Source: Deltaproteobacteria bacterium (GTDB lineage Bacteria; Desulfobacterota; Desulfovibrionia; Desulfovibrionales; Desulfovibrionaceae). From it: DNA of 64,000 bases. Both the position numbers and the translations under genes were made by a program. This document shows, piece by piece, positions 46,751-55,623 of this stretch. Position 1 is the first letter of the stretch. Every line of letters starts with the position of its first letter. The stretch lies in NCBI GenBank assembly GCA_009929215.1, contig SAAX01000004.1, positions 1,032 to 65,031 of the forward strand. The letters are read 5' to 3'. The notes under the pieces are model-generated. The model was not told the DNA's origin. It worked only from the letters and a program-made list of their open reading frames with translations, and ran no database searches.

Positions 46751-47406
46751 ACCGAGCTCCCTGCGGCCTGCATATCGCCTTGGGGCAGGACATCGCAAAG
46801 ATTGCGACAGGAGGGTATGAGGCCCATCTCGCACATGCGCAAAAAGATCAGCCGACCAATCCAGGCATCGGTGGCGGCATAGGCAATCTGACGGGGGGAC
46901 AGTTCCATGAGGCTCCAGTTGGAGCACTGGGAACCTTTTGAAATGCGCCAGCCAAAAAAGTTTGCGGCAAGGGTGCGCAGCCCCTGGCTGGGCAGCTTGT
47001 GTGCGCGGGCAACACCGCCAAGGTCAACAAGCCCGGCGGGTTCAAAGTCGTACACCTTGGCAAGGTCGCGCATGTCATCGCGAATGCCCACGCCAGCCTT
47101 GACCTGATCGGGGTTTGCCAAAATTTCAACAATGTGCGGGCCAAAGGGCAAAAATGCCAACTGTACAAGGTACACGGCATTGGCGGTTGCCAGCTGGATG
47201 AGCGCAGGAGAATTGCGCCGCCCCTTGCGGAATGAGGGCCGCGTTTCCGTATCAAATCCAAGCAGGTCGGCAGAGCGCAAATCGGGCAGCGCTTGTTTCC
47301 AGTCGTCCAGGGAACGAATAACCTGCACCGACCCTTCGTAATGACAAAGAGGCATGGCGTTGATTTCTTCGCAACTCAGCCGACGGCGCAAAACATCCAT
47401 ATCCAT
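46747..47406 (-). CDS. 3'-5' exonuclease domain protein (RNase D / WRN-exo, DEDDy type)
   Basis: LLGFDTETRPSF, ALIQLAT, GVGIRDDMRDL, and YAATDAW motifs. The ATG lies 3 nt after the mnmE stop. Confidence 0.85.
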   Translation of the reverse strand: MDMDVLRRRLSCEEINAMPLCHYEGSVQVIRSLDDWKQALPDLRSADLLGFDTETRPSFRKGRRNSPALIQLATANAVYLVQLAFLPFGPHIVEILANPDQVKAGVGIRDDMRDLAKVYDFEPAGLVDLGGVARAHKLPSQGLRTLAANFFGWRISKGSQCSNWSLMELSPRQIAYAATDAWIGRLIFLRMCEMGLIPSCRNLCDVLPQGDMQAAGSSV

Positions 47407-47409
47407 AGG

Positions 47410-48834
47410 TTACTTACCAATGCAGAATTGGGCAAATATGCTGTTCAGCACTTCAGCCGGGCTTGAAAGCCCGGTAACTTCCCCCAGATACGAGGCGGCC
47501 ATATCAAGCCTGACCGCACAACAATCATAAGGCTGCCCAGCGACCACATCCGCACGCAGCCCTTCAAGCTCTTTCAAGGCCTTTTCCAGCGCCAGCGACT
47601 GCCGCGCGTTGGGCGCAAGTCCGTCTTCTGGCGGGGTATCCGCGCTGCCCCCAAGCAACACGGAACGCAGTGTTGCGGCAAGCTCGTCAACATATGTATC
47701 GGAAAGTGCGCTCACTGCGCAACACATTCTAGTGCCAATCCACCGAGGAGGAAATACTTTTGGCATACAAATGTCGCATTTGTTCCATACCACAAGCAGC
47801 GGTATATCGCCAACGGCTTCCAGCACCTCGCGGGCAGCGGGTTCTGGGCAAGTATCTGCGGCTGCGCCTTCTTCACCCAGCTTGGCCCCGTCCAGCACCA
47901 ACACCACAAGATCGGCCTGTGAAAGTTTTTTGCGGCTGCGGCTTACACCCAGCTGTTCTACGGTTTCCTCGGCATCGCGCAGCCCCGCAGTATCCGTAAG
48001 ACGCACGGGCAGACCATCGAGCAGACAGGTTTCTTCCAAAAAATCTCTGGTCGTGCCGGGTATGTCAGTAACCAGCGCCCGTTCGCGGCCCAGCAGGGCG
48101 TTGAGCAGGCTCGACTTGCCCGCATTGACGGCCCCGGCCAGCACCACCTGCGCCCCCTGCTGCGCTATCTGTGCACGTCGGCTGCCCGCCAGCAGGCGGT
48201 GCACCGCCAGCATCACGCCGTCAAGCACCTCACACAGGGCGGCGGGCTCCATACCCTCCACTTCTTCGTCGGGAAAATCCACGGCAAGGCACATCTGGGC
48301 GCGCAGCATTTCAAGCTCATCGCGCAATTCTACAGTGCGCTGCCCAAGCAGACCATCCAGCCGATTAAAACCGTAGCGCAGCGCCTCGCGCGAGGGTGCG
48401 GCAATAAGCTCTGCCACAGCCTCGGCCTGGCTAAGATCCATGCGGCCATTCACAAAGGCGCGGCGCGAAAATTCGCCCCGATCTGCCTGACGCGCCCCAT
48501 AACGGATGGCACTTTCAAGCACTGCCTGCACCAGATACGCGCCACCGTGGCTGTGGATTTCGGCCACATCTTCACCCGTAAAGGTGCGAGGCCCGGGCAT
48601 GAACACGGCTAGGGCATCGTCCAGCGCCTCGCCGTTCCAGTCGATAACCCGCCCCCGGTGCAAATGCCAGGGAGTAAAATTTTCTACAATCGCCGAAAGG
48701 GGCAGAAACATGCGGGCAAGTACCTCTTTGGCACGCGGCCCCGAAATACGCACAATGCCAATGCCCCCCGAACCGGGAGGTGTCGCGATGGCAGCGATGG
48801 TGTCGTTGCGCTCTGGCTGCATTGCTGTTTCCAT
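47410..48834 (-). CDS. mnmE: tRNA uridine-5-carboxymethylaminomethyl(34) synthesis GTPase MnmE
   Basis: DTIAAIATPPGSGGIGIVRISG, G-domain GAVNAGKSSLLNAL...DTAGLRD, and the C-terminal FCIGK. Confidence 0.96.
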   Translation of the reverse strand: METAMQPERNDTIAAIATPPGSGGIGIVRISGPRAKEVLARMFLPLSAIVENFTPWHLHRGRVIDWNGEALDDALAVFMPGPRTFTGEDVAEIHSHGGAYLVQAVLESAIRYGARQADRGEFSRRAFVNGRMDLSQAEAVAELIAAPSREALRYGFNRLDGLLGQRTVELRDELEMLRAQMCLAVDFPDEEVEGMEPAALCEVLDGVMLAVHRLLAGSRRAQIAQQGAQVVLAGAVNAGKSSLLNALLGRERALVTDIPGTTRDFLEETCLLDGLPVRLTDTAGLRDAEETVEQLGVSRSRKKLSQADLVVLVLDGAKLGEEGAAADTCPEPAAREVLEAVGDIPLLVVWNKCDICMPKVFPPRWIGTRMCCAVSALSDTYVDELAATLRSVLLGGSADTPPEDGLAPNARQSLALEKALKELEGLRADVVAGQPYDCCAVRLDMAASYLGEVTGLSSPAEVLNSIFAQFCIGK

Positions 48835-48951
48835 TTCATCCCCTGCTTACTTGCCCAAAAATCTGATCTGACACAGCTCTGGATTTGTGCTGCCCCGTGT
48901 TGCCAGCCGACTTCTGCCAGCTCACAGGCTGACTGCACATCGGTGGCCGCA

Positions 48952-48999
48952 AAAAGCGTTGCCGGAGATATGCCCCACTGGGCCTTTTCTCCGGCAACG
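48952..48999 (-). terminator. Intrinsic terminator after jag, separating it from mnmE
   Basis: The minus strand has an 11-bp stem gttgccggaga/tctccggcaac (19-nt loop) followed by GCTTTTT. Confidence 0.7.
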
Positions 49000-49069
49000 T
49001 AACAAGCTCACTTGGGCTGAACAGCCCGCTTGCGGTGACGCTTAGGCGCGTGTGGCGTGAGGCTGAACG

Positions 49070-50605
49070 CTAGGCGCGTTCTCCCTTTTTACGCATGATC
49101 ACAACACGCTTCATGGGGCCATCACCCGTGCTGCGGGTTTGCACGTCTGCCGCTTCCTGCAAGCACACATGCACAATGCGCCTGTGGTACGAGGAAAGCG
49201 GACGGGTTGAATACGAGCGCCCGCTCTGGCGAACCTTGTCTGCCAGGGCCAGCGCCATTTCGCGCAGTTTTTCGTCCTGACGGCGGCGGTACTCGCCAGC
49301 ATCAAGTTGCACACGCACGGCGGCGTTCATGCCACGCGAAACAATGCGCGATATCATATACTGCAATGCCGCAAGGGTTTGCCCTTCGCGGCCAATCAGC
49401 AGCCCGGAATCTTCGTCACACTCAATGCCAACATACACCCTGCCGCCGCCGATTTTAATGGCAATGGCCACCTCGTCACCAGTGATGGGACGAATGAGCT
49501 TGCGCACGGTATCGCCCACCAGGGCTTCAAGCTTGGCGGCATCAAGCTGTTCAAGTGGTGTAACGGGCAGACCTTCGCCTGCGGCGTCAAAGTCCTCTTC
49601 AAGGCCATCCAGCGCCGCATCGGTCTTGGGGGCACGCTCTGGGCGTGCTCCATCGCGGTGCGTGGGGCGCGTATCGCCCCTGCCGTTACCCCTGCCTTCA
49701 GAACGGGCATCGTTACGGCGGCTCCGCGATTCACGCGCGGCAGATTCCGTGACGTTGCCAGCTTCTACAGCCTCGTCGCCCTCTCCATTTCTGCCTGTGC
49801 GGTCACGGCGGTCGTTACGGTCGTTGCGGCCATTTCGGCTTGTAGGCTTGCTGCCGTTCCTGTCCTGCTTGCCGTTGTGGTCATTGCGATCATTACGGTC
49901 GTTGCGTCGGTCAAAGGGCTTGTCGGCCGGTTTTTCCAGCACGTTTCCGTTACAGGCGGCGTCAAGGGCCTCTTCGCTTTCATACGAATCAAGCGACGGA
50001 GGCCTGTTGCGGTTGCGCCCACGGTTACGGCGGTCATCCTGCTGCTGCCCACGCGGAGCCCGGGAATCCTGCCCGCGCTGGTCTTGCCCTCTCTGGTCTG
50101 GCCCACGTTCTGCCGAGCGGGACTCTTGCCGTGTGCGGTCGCGGCCTTCGTCGCGGCCTTTTTCGGCCTGGGCCTCAGCTGGCTTTTGAGCAGATGCCAC
50201 GGGGGCTTCTGCGCCTGTGGAAGCAGGGGCAGGAACGGCCGCGGGGGCTGGTCTGCCGCCGTTTTTGCGCGTCTCTGCCGAGGCAGGGGCTTCATCGCCG
50301 CCACCCTGATTGGCAGGTTGACCAGAACCTTGCCCAGAACCCTGGACAGACCCCTGGGCAGCCCCCTGTGCAGACGCAGCGTTATCACCGCCCTTTCTGC
50401 CCAGGATACTGTCTACCGCTTCGCGCAGCTGCACGCGGCGGGCCCGAACCTTGGCCTTGCGTGCGCCAACGATACCGAAGATGCCCGACTTGGCATCCTG
50501 CACAATCTCGATCTCAAGTTTTTCGCGCGCTGTGTTAAAGTAGCCGCAGGCTTCCTCTATGGCGCCGTCCAGATCCTTGCCCTGGAATTCCTTAAACCCT
50601 TCCAT
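49070..50605 (-). CDS. jag: Jag/KhpB-type RNA-binding protein (Jag_N, KH, R3H) with a ~275-aa low-complexity insertion
   Basis: The N-terminus MEGFKEFQGKDLDGAIEEACGYFNTAREKLEIEIVQDAKSGIFG is Jag_N-like. The C-terminal KH (LLIGREGQTLAALQYM) and R3H (SYHRRIVHVCLQ) are present. The middle is rich in G/Q/R/D/N repeats (RNDRNDRNDHNGKQDRNG, GQDQRGQDSR). Confidence 0.88.
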   Translation of the reverse strand: MEGFKEFQGKDLDGAIEEACGYFNTAREKLEIEIVQDAKSGIFGIVGARKAKVRARRVQLREAVDSILGRKGGDNAASAQGAAQGSVQGSGQGSGQPANQGGGDEAPASAETRKNGGRPAPAAVPAPASTGAEAPVASAQKPAEAQAEKGRDEGRDRTRQESRSAERGPDQRGQDQRGQDSRAPRGQQQDDRRNRGRNRNRPPSLDSYESEEALDAACNGNVLEKPADKPFDRRNDRNDRNDHNGKQDRNGSKPTSRNGRNDRNDRRDRTGRNGEGDEAVEAGNVTESAARESRSRRNDARSEGRGNGRGDTRPTHRDGARPERAPKTDAALDGLEEDFDAAGEGLPVTPLEQLDAAKLEALVGDTVRKLIRPITGDEVAIAIKIGGGRVYVGIECDEDSGLLIGREGQTLAALQYMISRIVSRGMNAAVRVQLDAGEYRRRQDEKLREMALALADKVRQSGRSYSTRPLSSYHRRIVHVCLQEAADVQTRSTGDGPMKRVVIMRKKGERA

Positions 50606-50643
50606 ACGAACCCCTTTGTGTCACGCGAACCCGCCGGGGCGGC

Positions 50644-52293
50644 CTATTTCGCTACGGCTGTAGAGAACTTCTTCGCCATCATCCTCTGCTGCGCAATGGA
50701 CAGGACGTTGTTGACCAGCCAGTACAGTACCAGACCAGAGGGGAAGCTCAGGAACATGGCGGTGAAGATCAAGGGCAGGAACATCATGATCTTCTGCTGG
50801 GTGGGGTCAGTAGCCGGGGGGCTCATCTTCTGCTGGATAAACATGGTCAGGCCCATGATAACGGGCGTAATATAGAAAGGATCCTTGGCCGAAAGATCGG
50901 CCAGCCACAGAATATCCGTGCCGGGCACATACGAGATAAAGGGAGCGTGGCGCAGTTCGATGGAGGTAAGCAACGCCTGATACAGACCAAAGAACACGGG
51001 CATCTGGATAAGAATGGGCACGCAGCCACTGGCCGGATTAACCCCATAGGTCTTGTAGAGCGCCATGACTTCCTTGTTCATGAGCTCCTTGTTGTCCTTG
51101 TGCTTTTCACGGATAGCCGCCATGTGGGGCTGAAGCTTCTTCATCTTTTCCATAGAAGCATAGCTCTTGGCCGTAAGCGGCCAGAACAGCGCCTTGATGA
51201 GCACGGTCAACAGAATGATGGCAACGCCCCAGTTGTTGACGTACTTCTGGAAAAATTCGAGCAGCCACAGCAGGCCCTTGGCGATAACGTGGAACATGCC
51301 AAGGTCGATGCTCTTGGAAAGCTGGTCGGACACGGCGGCAAGTTTAGCGCGTTCCTTGGGGCCAAGCCAGTAAGAAACGGTCAGTTCGCGTTCCTGGCCG
51401 GGGCCAAGCATCACTTCAGGCTCTTCAACAGCAGCGCGAAACACATTCTGCTGCATGCGGCCTTTGACTGTCACATTATTGATATCGCCGGGCAGCACTG
51501 CTGCCAGAAAATAGGTGCTCATGGTACCGGCCCAATAAATCTTACCAGTAACCAGCGAACCTGTGGTTTCAAGAGTTTGAGGCGACGATTCTTCGCCAAG
51601 GCTACCGTCGTTGTCCCAGGCAAGGCGCATGGCATCATAACGGTCACCAGCGGCATTGCTGGCATCGGCGGCAACGGTGTAGCTCACGCGCACGCTGCGG
51701 GCCTGATCGGTAGTGTTCACCACACGAATTTTTTCGCGGATCAGATAGGTGTCGGCGCTAAAGGTCATTTCGCGCACAACACGCAGGTTGTCCACTTCGC
51801 CGTTAAACCGCAGCACGCCCTGCTGGCCTGCAGCAATGTTCAGGCCGTTTTCGGCGTTTTCAACAGACCACTGGCCAGTGCTCCACGAGGGCTGGCTGTT
51901 AACCACAAGGCCCAGAGGGGCAACCGTGGCGGTCTGGGAATCGACAAGATTGACCAGGGGAGAATCGGACGCAAGGCCGGTCTGGTACTGCTTGAGCTTG
52001 AAAGAGCGCAGTGCGCCGCCGCCGGTATGAAAAACGGCTTCGTAAAGGGGAGAATCGACCTTGAGGTCGCGTCCGGGGGCGGGGGTAAACACGGGCAGCG
52101 CCTGCTGGGCGGCAGCTGCGGCCTGCTGCTGCACCTGCTGCTGTTGGGCGGCCTTTTGCTCCTGCTGTTGCTGGGCAACCACAGCCGGATCAGGCTTGCG
52201 AACCCATCCCATGTATTCGGACAGGTAACTCCAGCCCACAATAACGACGAGGCACAAAAGAATGGCGATGATCAGATTTTTTCCGTCTTGCAT
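50644..52293 (-). CDS. yidC: Membrane protein insertase YidC
   Basis: MQDGKNLIIAILLCLVVIVGWSYL..., a large periplasmic domain, and the conserved C-terminal 5-TM core (WGVAIILLTVLIKALFWPL...). An alternative GTG start at 52305 overlaps the yidD stop. Confidence 0.95.
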   Translation of the reverse strand: MQDGKNLIIAILLCLVVIVGWSYLSEYMGWVRKPDPAVVAQQQQEQKAAQQQQVQQQAAAAAQQALPVFTPAPGRDLKVDSPLYEAVFHTGGGALRSFKLKQYQTGLASDSPLVNLVDSQTATVAPLGLVVNSQPSWSTGQWSVENAENGLNIAAGQQGVLRFNGEVDNLRVVREMTFSADTYLIREKIRVVNTTDQARSVRVSYTVAADASNAAGDRYDAMRLAWDNDGSLGEESSPQTLETTGSLVTGKIYWAGTMSTYFLAAVLPGDINNVTVKGRMQQNVFRAAVEEPEVMLGPGQERELTVSYWLGPKERAKLAAVSDQLSKSIDLGMFHVIAKGLLWLLEFFQKYVNNWGVAIILLTVLIKALFWPLTAKSYASMEKMKKLQPHMAAIREKHKDNKELMNKEVMALYKTYGVNPASGCVPILIQMPVFFGLYQALLTSIELRHAPFISYVPGTDILWLADLSAKDPFYITPVIMGLTMFIQQKMSPPATDPTQQKIMMFLPLIFTAMFLSFPSGLVLYWLVNNVLSIAQQRMMAKKFSTAVAK

Positions 52294-52301
52294 GAGGGCG
52301 T

Positions 52302-52565
52302 TCACTCCTGGGACAGTGGCGGGACGTCACGAGGACGCCTTGGTGGTGGAACAGGGTCGTAACCTGAGCCGCCCCAGGGATGACAGCGGGCAAGACGCTT
52401 GAGCGCAAGCCAGCCCCCCCGAAAGATGCCGTGGGTCATGATGGCCTCTGCGGCATAGGCGGAACAGGTAGGATAATACCGACAGGCGGGGGGAAGCACT
52501 GGCGAGATACAAAGCTGGTAAAAGCGTATGGGTAAGATGCACAGGTTACGCAGCAAATGACTCAT
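52302..52565 (-). CDS. yidD: Membrane protein insertion efficiency factor YidD
   Basis: [36 protein letters not shown] overlap with the rnpA stop. Confidence 0.93.
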   Translation of the reverse strand: MSHLLRNLCILPIRFYQLCISPVLPPACRYYPTCSAYAAEAIMTHGIFRGGWLALKRLARCHPWGGSGYDPVPPPRRPRDVPPLSQE

Positions 52566-52966
52566 GGCAGCCCATCCAATGCCGGGCGGCCCGGCTCACG
52601 CCGAACCAAACGCCGCATCAGCGGCAAAAGCTCGGCGGCCACGCTGGCCAAATCCAGCGCAGCCTCTCCGGCATGCTTTTTGGCAACGGTAACGATGTCG
52701 GCTTCTTTAGGCAAATCGCTGCGGTGCAAACGATAAAACTCCCTCAAAAGCCTTTTGACGCGATTGCGCACTACGGCATTGCCAACCTTGCGAGATACAG
52801 CCATGCCCGTGCGCGAAGCTAGACCGGGACAATTGCCCGACAGCACAAAAACAAGAAAATGCTCGGTGTGCAGACGCCTGCCCCGCTCATAGCAAGCCAC
52901 GAATTCCGCCCTACGGCGTATCCGCAGATGCTGCGGCAGACCATTCTGATGCATGGGAATACCCAT
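52562..52966 (-). CDS. rnpA: Ribonuclease P protein component
   Basis: LRIRRRAEF...[20 protein letters not shown]. Position between rpmH and yidD. An alternative ATG is at 52954. Confidence 0.92.
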   Translation of the reverse strand: MGIPMHQNGLPQHLRIRRRAEFVACYERGRRLHTEHFLVFVLSGNCPGLASRTGMAVSRKVGNAVVRNRVKRLLREFYRLHRSDLPKEADIVTVAKKHAGEAALDLASVAAELLPLMRRLVRREPGRPALDGLP

Positions 52967-52990
52967 GTAGAACGGGGCAAGCCCGCCCCG

Positions 52991-53125
52991 CTAGGCGCTC
53001 AGAACCTTACGGCCCTTGGCGCGGCGGCGACGAATGATGGCGCGCCCGCTGGGGGTGGCCATGCGGGTGCGGAACCCGTGGGTGCGGGCCCTTCTGATTT
53101 TGCTCGGCTGATATGTTCTTTTCAT
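52991..53125 (-). CDS. rpmH: 50S ribosomal protein L34
   Basis: [53 protein letters not shown]. Confidence 0.97.
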   Translation of the reverse strand: MKRTYQPSKIRRARTHGFRTRMATPSGRAIIRRRRAKGRKVLSA

Positions 53126-53651
53126 GGCAGACTCCTTAAAAAATTTCCGGCAGGGCCTTGGGGCTACACCGGATCGATGCGGCACGCCGGGCCTGAGCGG
53201 TTTGGGGCTACCCCCGGCTTTTAAGCGCGGAGAGCGGCTTTGCCCTGGCGTTAAAATATATGGAACAAGCTACATACACGGCAGCACGGGCTCCGTCAAG
53301 CGCCAGTTGCCCCAATCAACGCGCGACTATCATGCCCGTGTAAGCGCAGGGGCGCAAGAGCAATCATGCCCCCACCTCAACAATTTTTGCTCGCTAGTTA
53401 CCGCTGGTGCGGCGGCATAAAAAATCGCCCGGATTTATTGTATACCTATGCGTGGGAACAAACCAGTCAACGAGTTGCGCAGACAGCCAAGCCACACCGT
53501 ACGCGCAGAATTATTCTGCAAAATTGTGCAAGGCAACGGGCAGTCAAACCTGCTCAGCGCTAACGCAAAACTCACAGAGGCGGCACAGCAAAATATGCCC
53601 CAACCAAATGTCTGCACGCTTGTTAGCGCAATTGAGGTGCGAATTACTTAC

Positions 53652-54356
53652 TCAGGGCCTGGCGTTGGCGCGGGGCAAAACATCCTCGGCAGAAATGGCT
53701 GGCACAGGCACAGGAGTTTGACTGCCAGAAGCTTGGCCATTCATTCCTTGAGCGCCAGACCCCGGCATGCCAGCGCCCTGCGTTGCGCTACTGCCCCCCA
53801 CCCCGCCAACCGGCGACGCGGCAGCAGCCGAATAGGGAGAATCAGCCCCTGAAACTGTGTTGGCCTTTGGTGCGGAGGCCGCTCCTGCGCCACTCAGCGG
53901 CGGTATGGCCGAGGTATTTGCCGGGGGGCTGGCCGGGGAGCTGGCCGGAGTACTGACAGGAGCAGCAAGGGATGTTTTGCCCACTCCCTTGGGGGGCGCA
54001 GTGGACACATTATTGGCGGCCTCTGCGGGTGCGGCCTTTGCAGGCTTGGCCTTGCGGGCGTGACGCACCGGCGCCTTTTTGTTTGCGGGAGGCGTCAGCG
54101 TCAGTTCCGGCACGGCGGCAGGATCCACAAACCGCGCACCTTCAAGGGCTATCTGTCGTGGAGCCACCAGAGTATTCTGATACAGCCGCCCGCCTCCGTT
54201 ATGCAGCCACACATCATTAATATTGGTTGCACCCGAAGCCGTACGCGCAGGAACCTGCGACGGCAGGGGGTCTCCTTCAGCTGCACTGACAGATAAAAGC
54301 GGACAAACAGAAACAGCCACTGCCGCAAGCAAGGGCAATATAACTGACTTGTACAT
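53652..54356 (-). CDS. Secreted low-complexity Ala/Pro/Ser/Gly-rich protein
   Basis: ATG 54356 follows GAGGTGAG. Signal peptide MYKSVILPLLAAVAVSVCPLLSVSAAEG. A ~90-aa structured N-terminal part is followed by a long A/P/S/G-rich tail. Confidence 0.6.
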   Translation of the reverse strand: MYKSVILPLLAAVAVSVCPLLSVSAAEGDPLPSQVPARTASGATNINDVWLHNGGGRLYQNTLVAPRQIALEGARFVDPAAVPELTLTPPANKKAPVRHARKAKPAKAAPAEAANNVSTAPPKGVGKTSLAAPVSTPASSPASPPANTSAIPPLSGAGAASAPKANTVSGADSPYSAAAASPVGGVGGSSATQGAGMPGSGAQGMNGQASGSQTPVPVPAISAEDVLPRANARP

Positions 54357-54665
54357 GGAACTCACCTCTACTGCGCTTATCGGTCAAAAGCTGCATAAAC
54401 TTTAGCCCACCTCAGCACATGCCACCTCTTGCCAAGCTATAGAACTGCACGCAAAACAAACCTTGCACATTCAGAGCCCCGACCACATAACTACATGACA
54501 CTCCAAAAAATGTTGCACAGCCCAACCCTGGGCTTCGCAGTCATTGACAGGCCGCGATGGCTTCGGCACATTCAATGCCATACCAATATTTATAAATTTT
54601 CCACGCCGCCATGGCCGCAATGGCTGCAACACGTATTAATTTTCAGGCAATAATCAGGAGTCAGC

Positions 54666-55229
54666 ATGCCCACCAAGCCAGAACTTACAACAGCACCCAC
54701 TGCGCCAGCCCCCTGCATCACCCTTATTGGCATGGCTGGTGCTGGCAAGTCTACGGTTGGCTATGCGCTGGCTCAGGAACTGGGATGGGCACTAGTGGAC
54801 AGCGACCACCTTATCGAGGCCACCTACGGTGCGCGCCTACAAGATATAACCGACGCCCTTGGCAAGTCGGCTTTTCTGGATACAGAGGCCAAGGTGATTG
54901 CCGCCATCAAGGCGCACCGCACGGTTATTGCCACGGGCGGCAGCGTTATTTACCGCGATACGGCCATGCAACACCTTGCTTCCCTTGGGCCCATTGTATT
55001 TATCGATGTGCCCTTTCGCCTTATTGAAGAGCGCATAGCACGCAACCCCGAACGCGGCATCGCCATGAACCCTGGCGAAAAACTTGAAGATATCTTTAAC
55101 GAGCGCCTTGCCCTGTACAGCCACTATGCCACCATACGCTGCCCCGCCGAGGGGAAAAATCCCGCCCAGTGCGCACGCTGGATTTGCGACCACCTGCCCC
55201 ACAATTTTTTGCAGGACGACCGCGCGTAA
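54666..55229 (+). CDS. aroK: Shikimate kinase
   Basis: ITLIGMAGAGKSTVGYALAQELGWALVDSDHLIE...IATGGSVI. RBS AGGAG. Confidence 0.9.
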   Translation: MPTKPELTTAPTAPAPCITLIGMAGAGKSTVGYALAQELGWALVDSDHLIEATYGARLQDITDALGKSAFLDTEAKVIAAIKAHRTVIATGGSVIYRDTAMQHLASLGPIVFIDVPFRLIEERIARNPERGIAMNPGEKLEDIFNERLALYSHYATIRCPAEGKNPAQCARWICDHLPHNFLQDDRA

Positions 55230-55420
55230 AACACCAGACTGGGCGCACCAGCAGACAACGACAGCCGCTATTGCCAACGGTAGCAACTGTTCCACCCGCC
55301 GTAGCCAACTGCCAGCACCCCACCGCTGCATATGAGCAGCGCAAAAAGACACGCCCTGCCCGCGATACTACCCACCCGACGATTCCATAAAGGATGCTTC
55401 TTACTACCCTGATATACATG

Positions 55421-55457
55421 ATAAAGCGGTCAGAGCACGCAGTTCTGACCGCTTTAT
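55421..55457. terminator. Bidirectional terminator between convergent aroK and the lipoprotein gene
   Basis: ataaagcggtcaga-N9-tctgaccgctttat. The A/T-flanked stem serves both strands. Confidence 0.75.
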
Positions 55458-55623
55458 TATGTATTCTCAACCCGCATGCCAACTGAGGGCCAGCAAACAA
55501 AAAGCGGGGCAAAAGCCCCGCCAAAATTCCTTTACGCCTCAGCAGTATGCGCCAGGCAAAGGACACCCGCTCCGGCAGAACGCAGCATGACGCAACGCAC
55601 GGCCAGAGCGGCATCATTGCATA

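Noticed and set aside
49307-52362. Plus-strand ORFs of 522 aa (49307..50875) and 471 aa (50947..52362).
   Set aside because: They are antisense to jag and yidC, whose translations are unambiguous. The shadow translations are Arg/Gly/Ala-rich without motifs. The same reasoning was applied to 14650..15435, 20452..21330, 21631..22659, 24930..26438, 27632..28591, 30422..31666, 32030..33178, 37613..38737, 42649..43533, 43085..44101, 60257..61264 and 61607..62431.
53160-53183. GGGGCTACACCGGATCGATGCGGC resembles the 5' end of tmRNA (GGGGCTGATTCTGGATTCGACGGG).
   Set aside because: Downstream there is no tag reading frame ending in ...LAA-stop. There is no T-arm GGTTCGAxTCC and no complementary 3' acceptor strand with CCA within ~400 nt. 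The segment is also the immediate rpmH upstream region.
53126-53651. Expected oriC/dnaA next to rpmH-rnpA-yidC.
   Set aside because: No dnaA gene is in the window, and I could not find TTATCCACA or TGTGGATAA-like boxes by eye anywhere in the spacer. A proper PWM scan and GC-skew analysis are needed for a firm negative.
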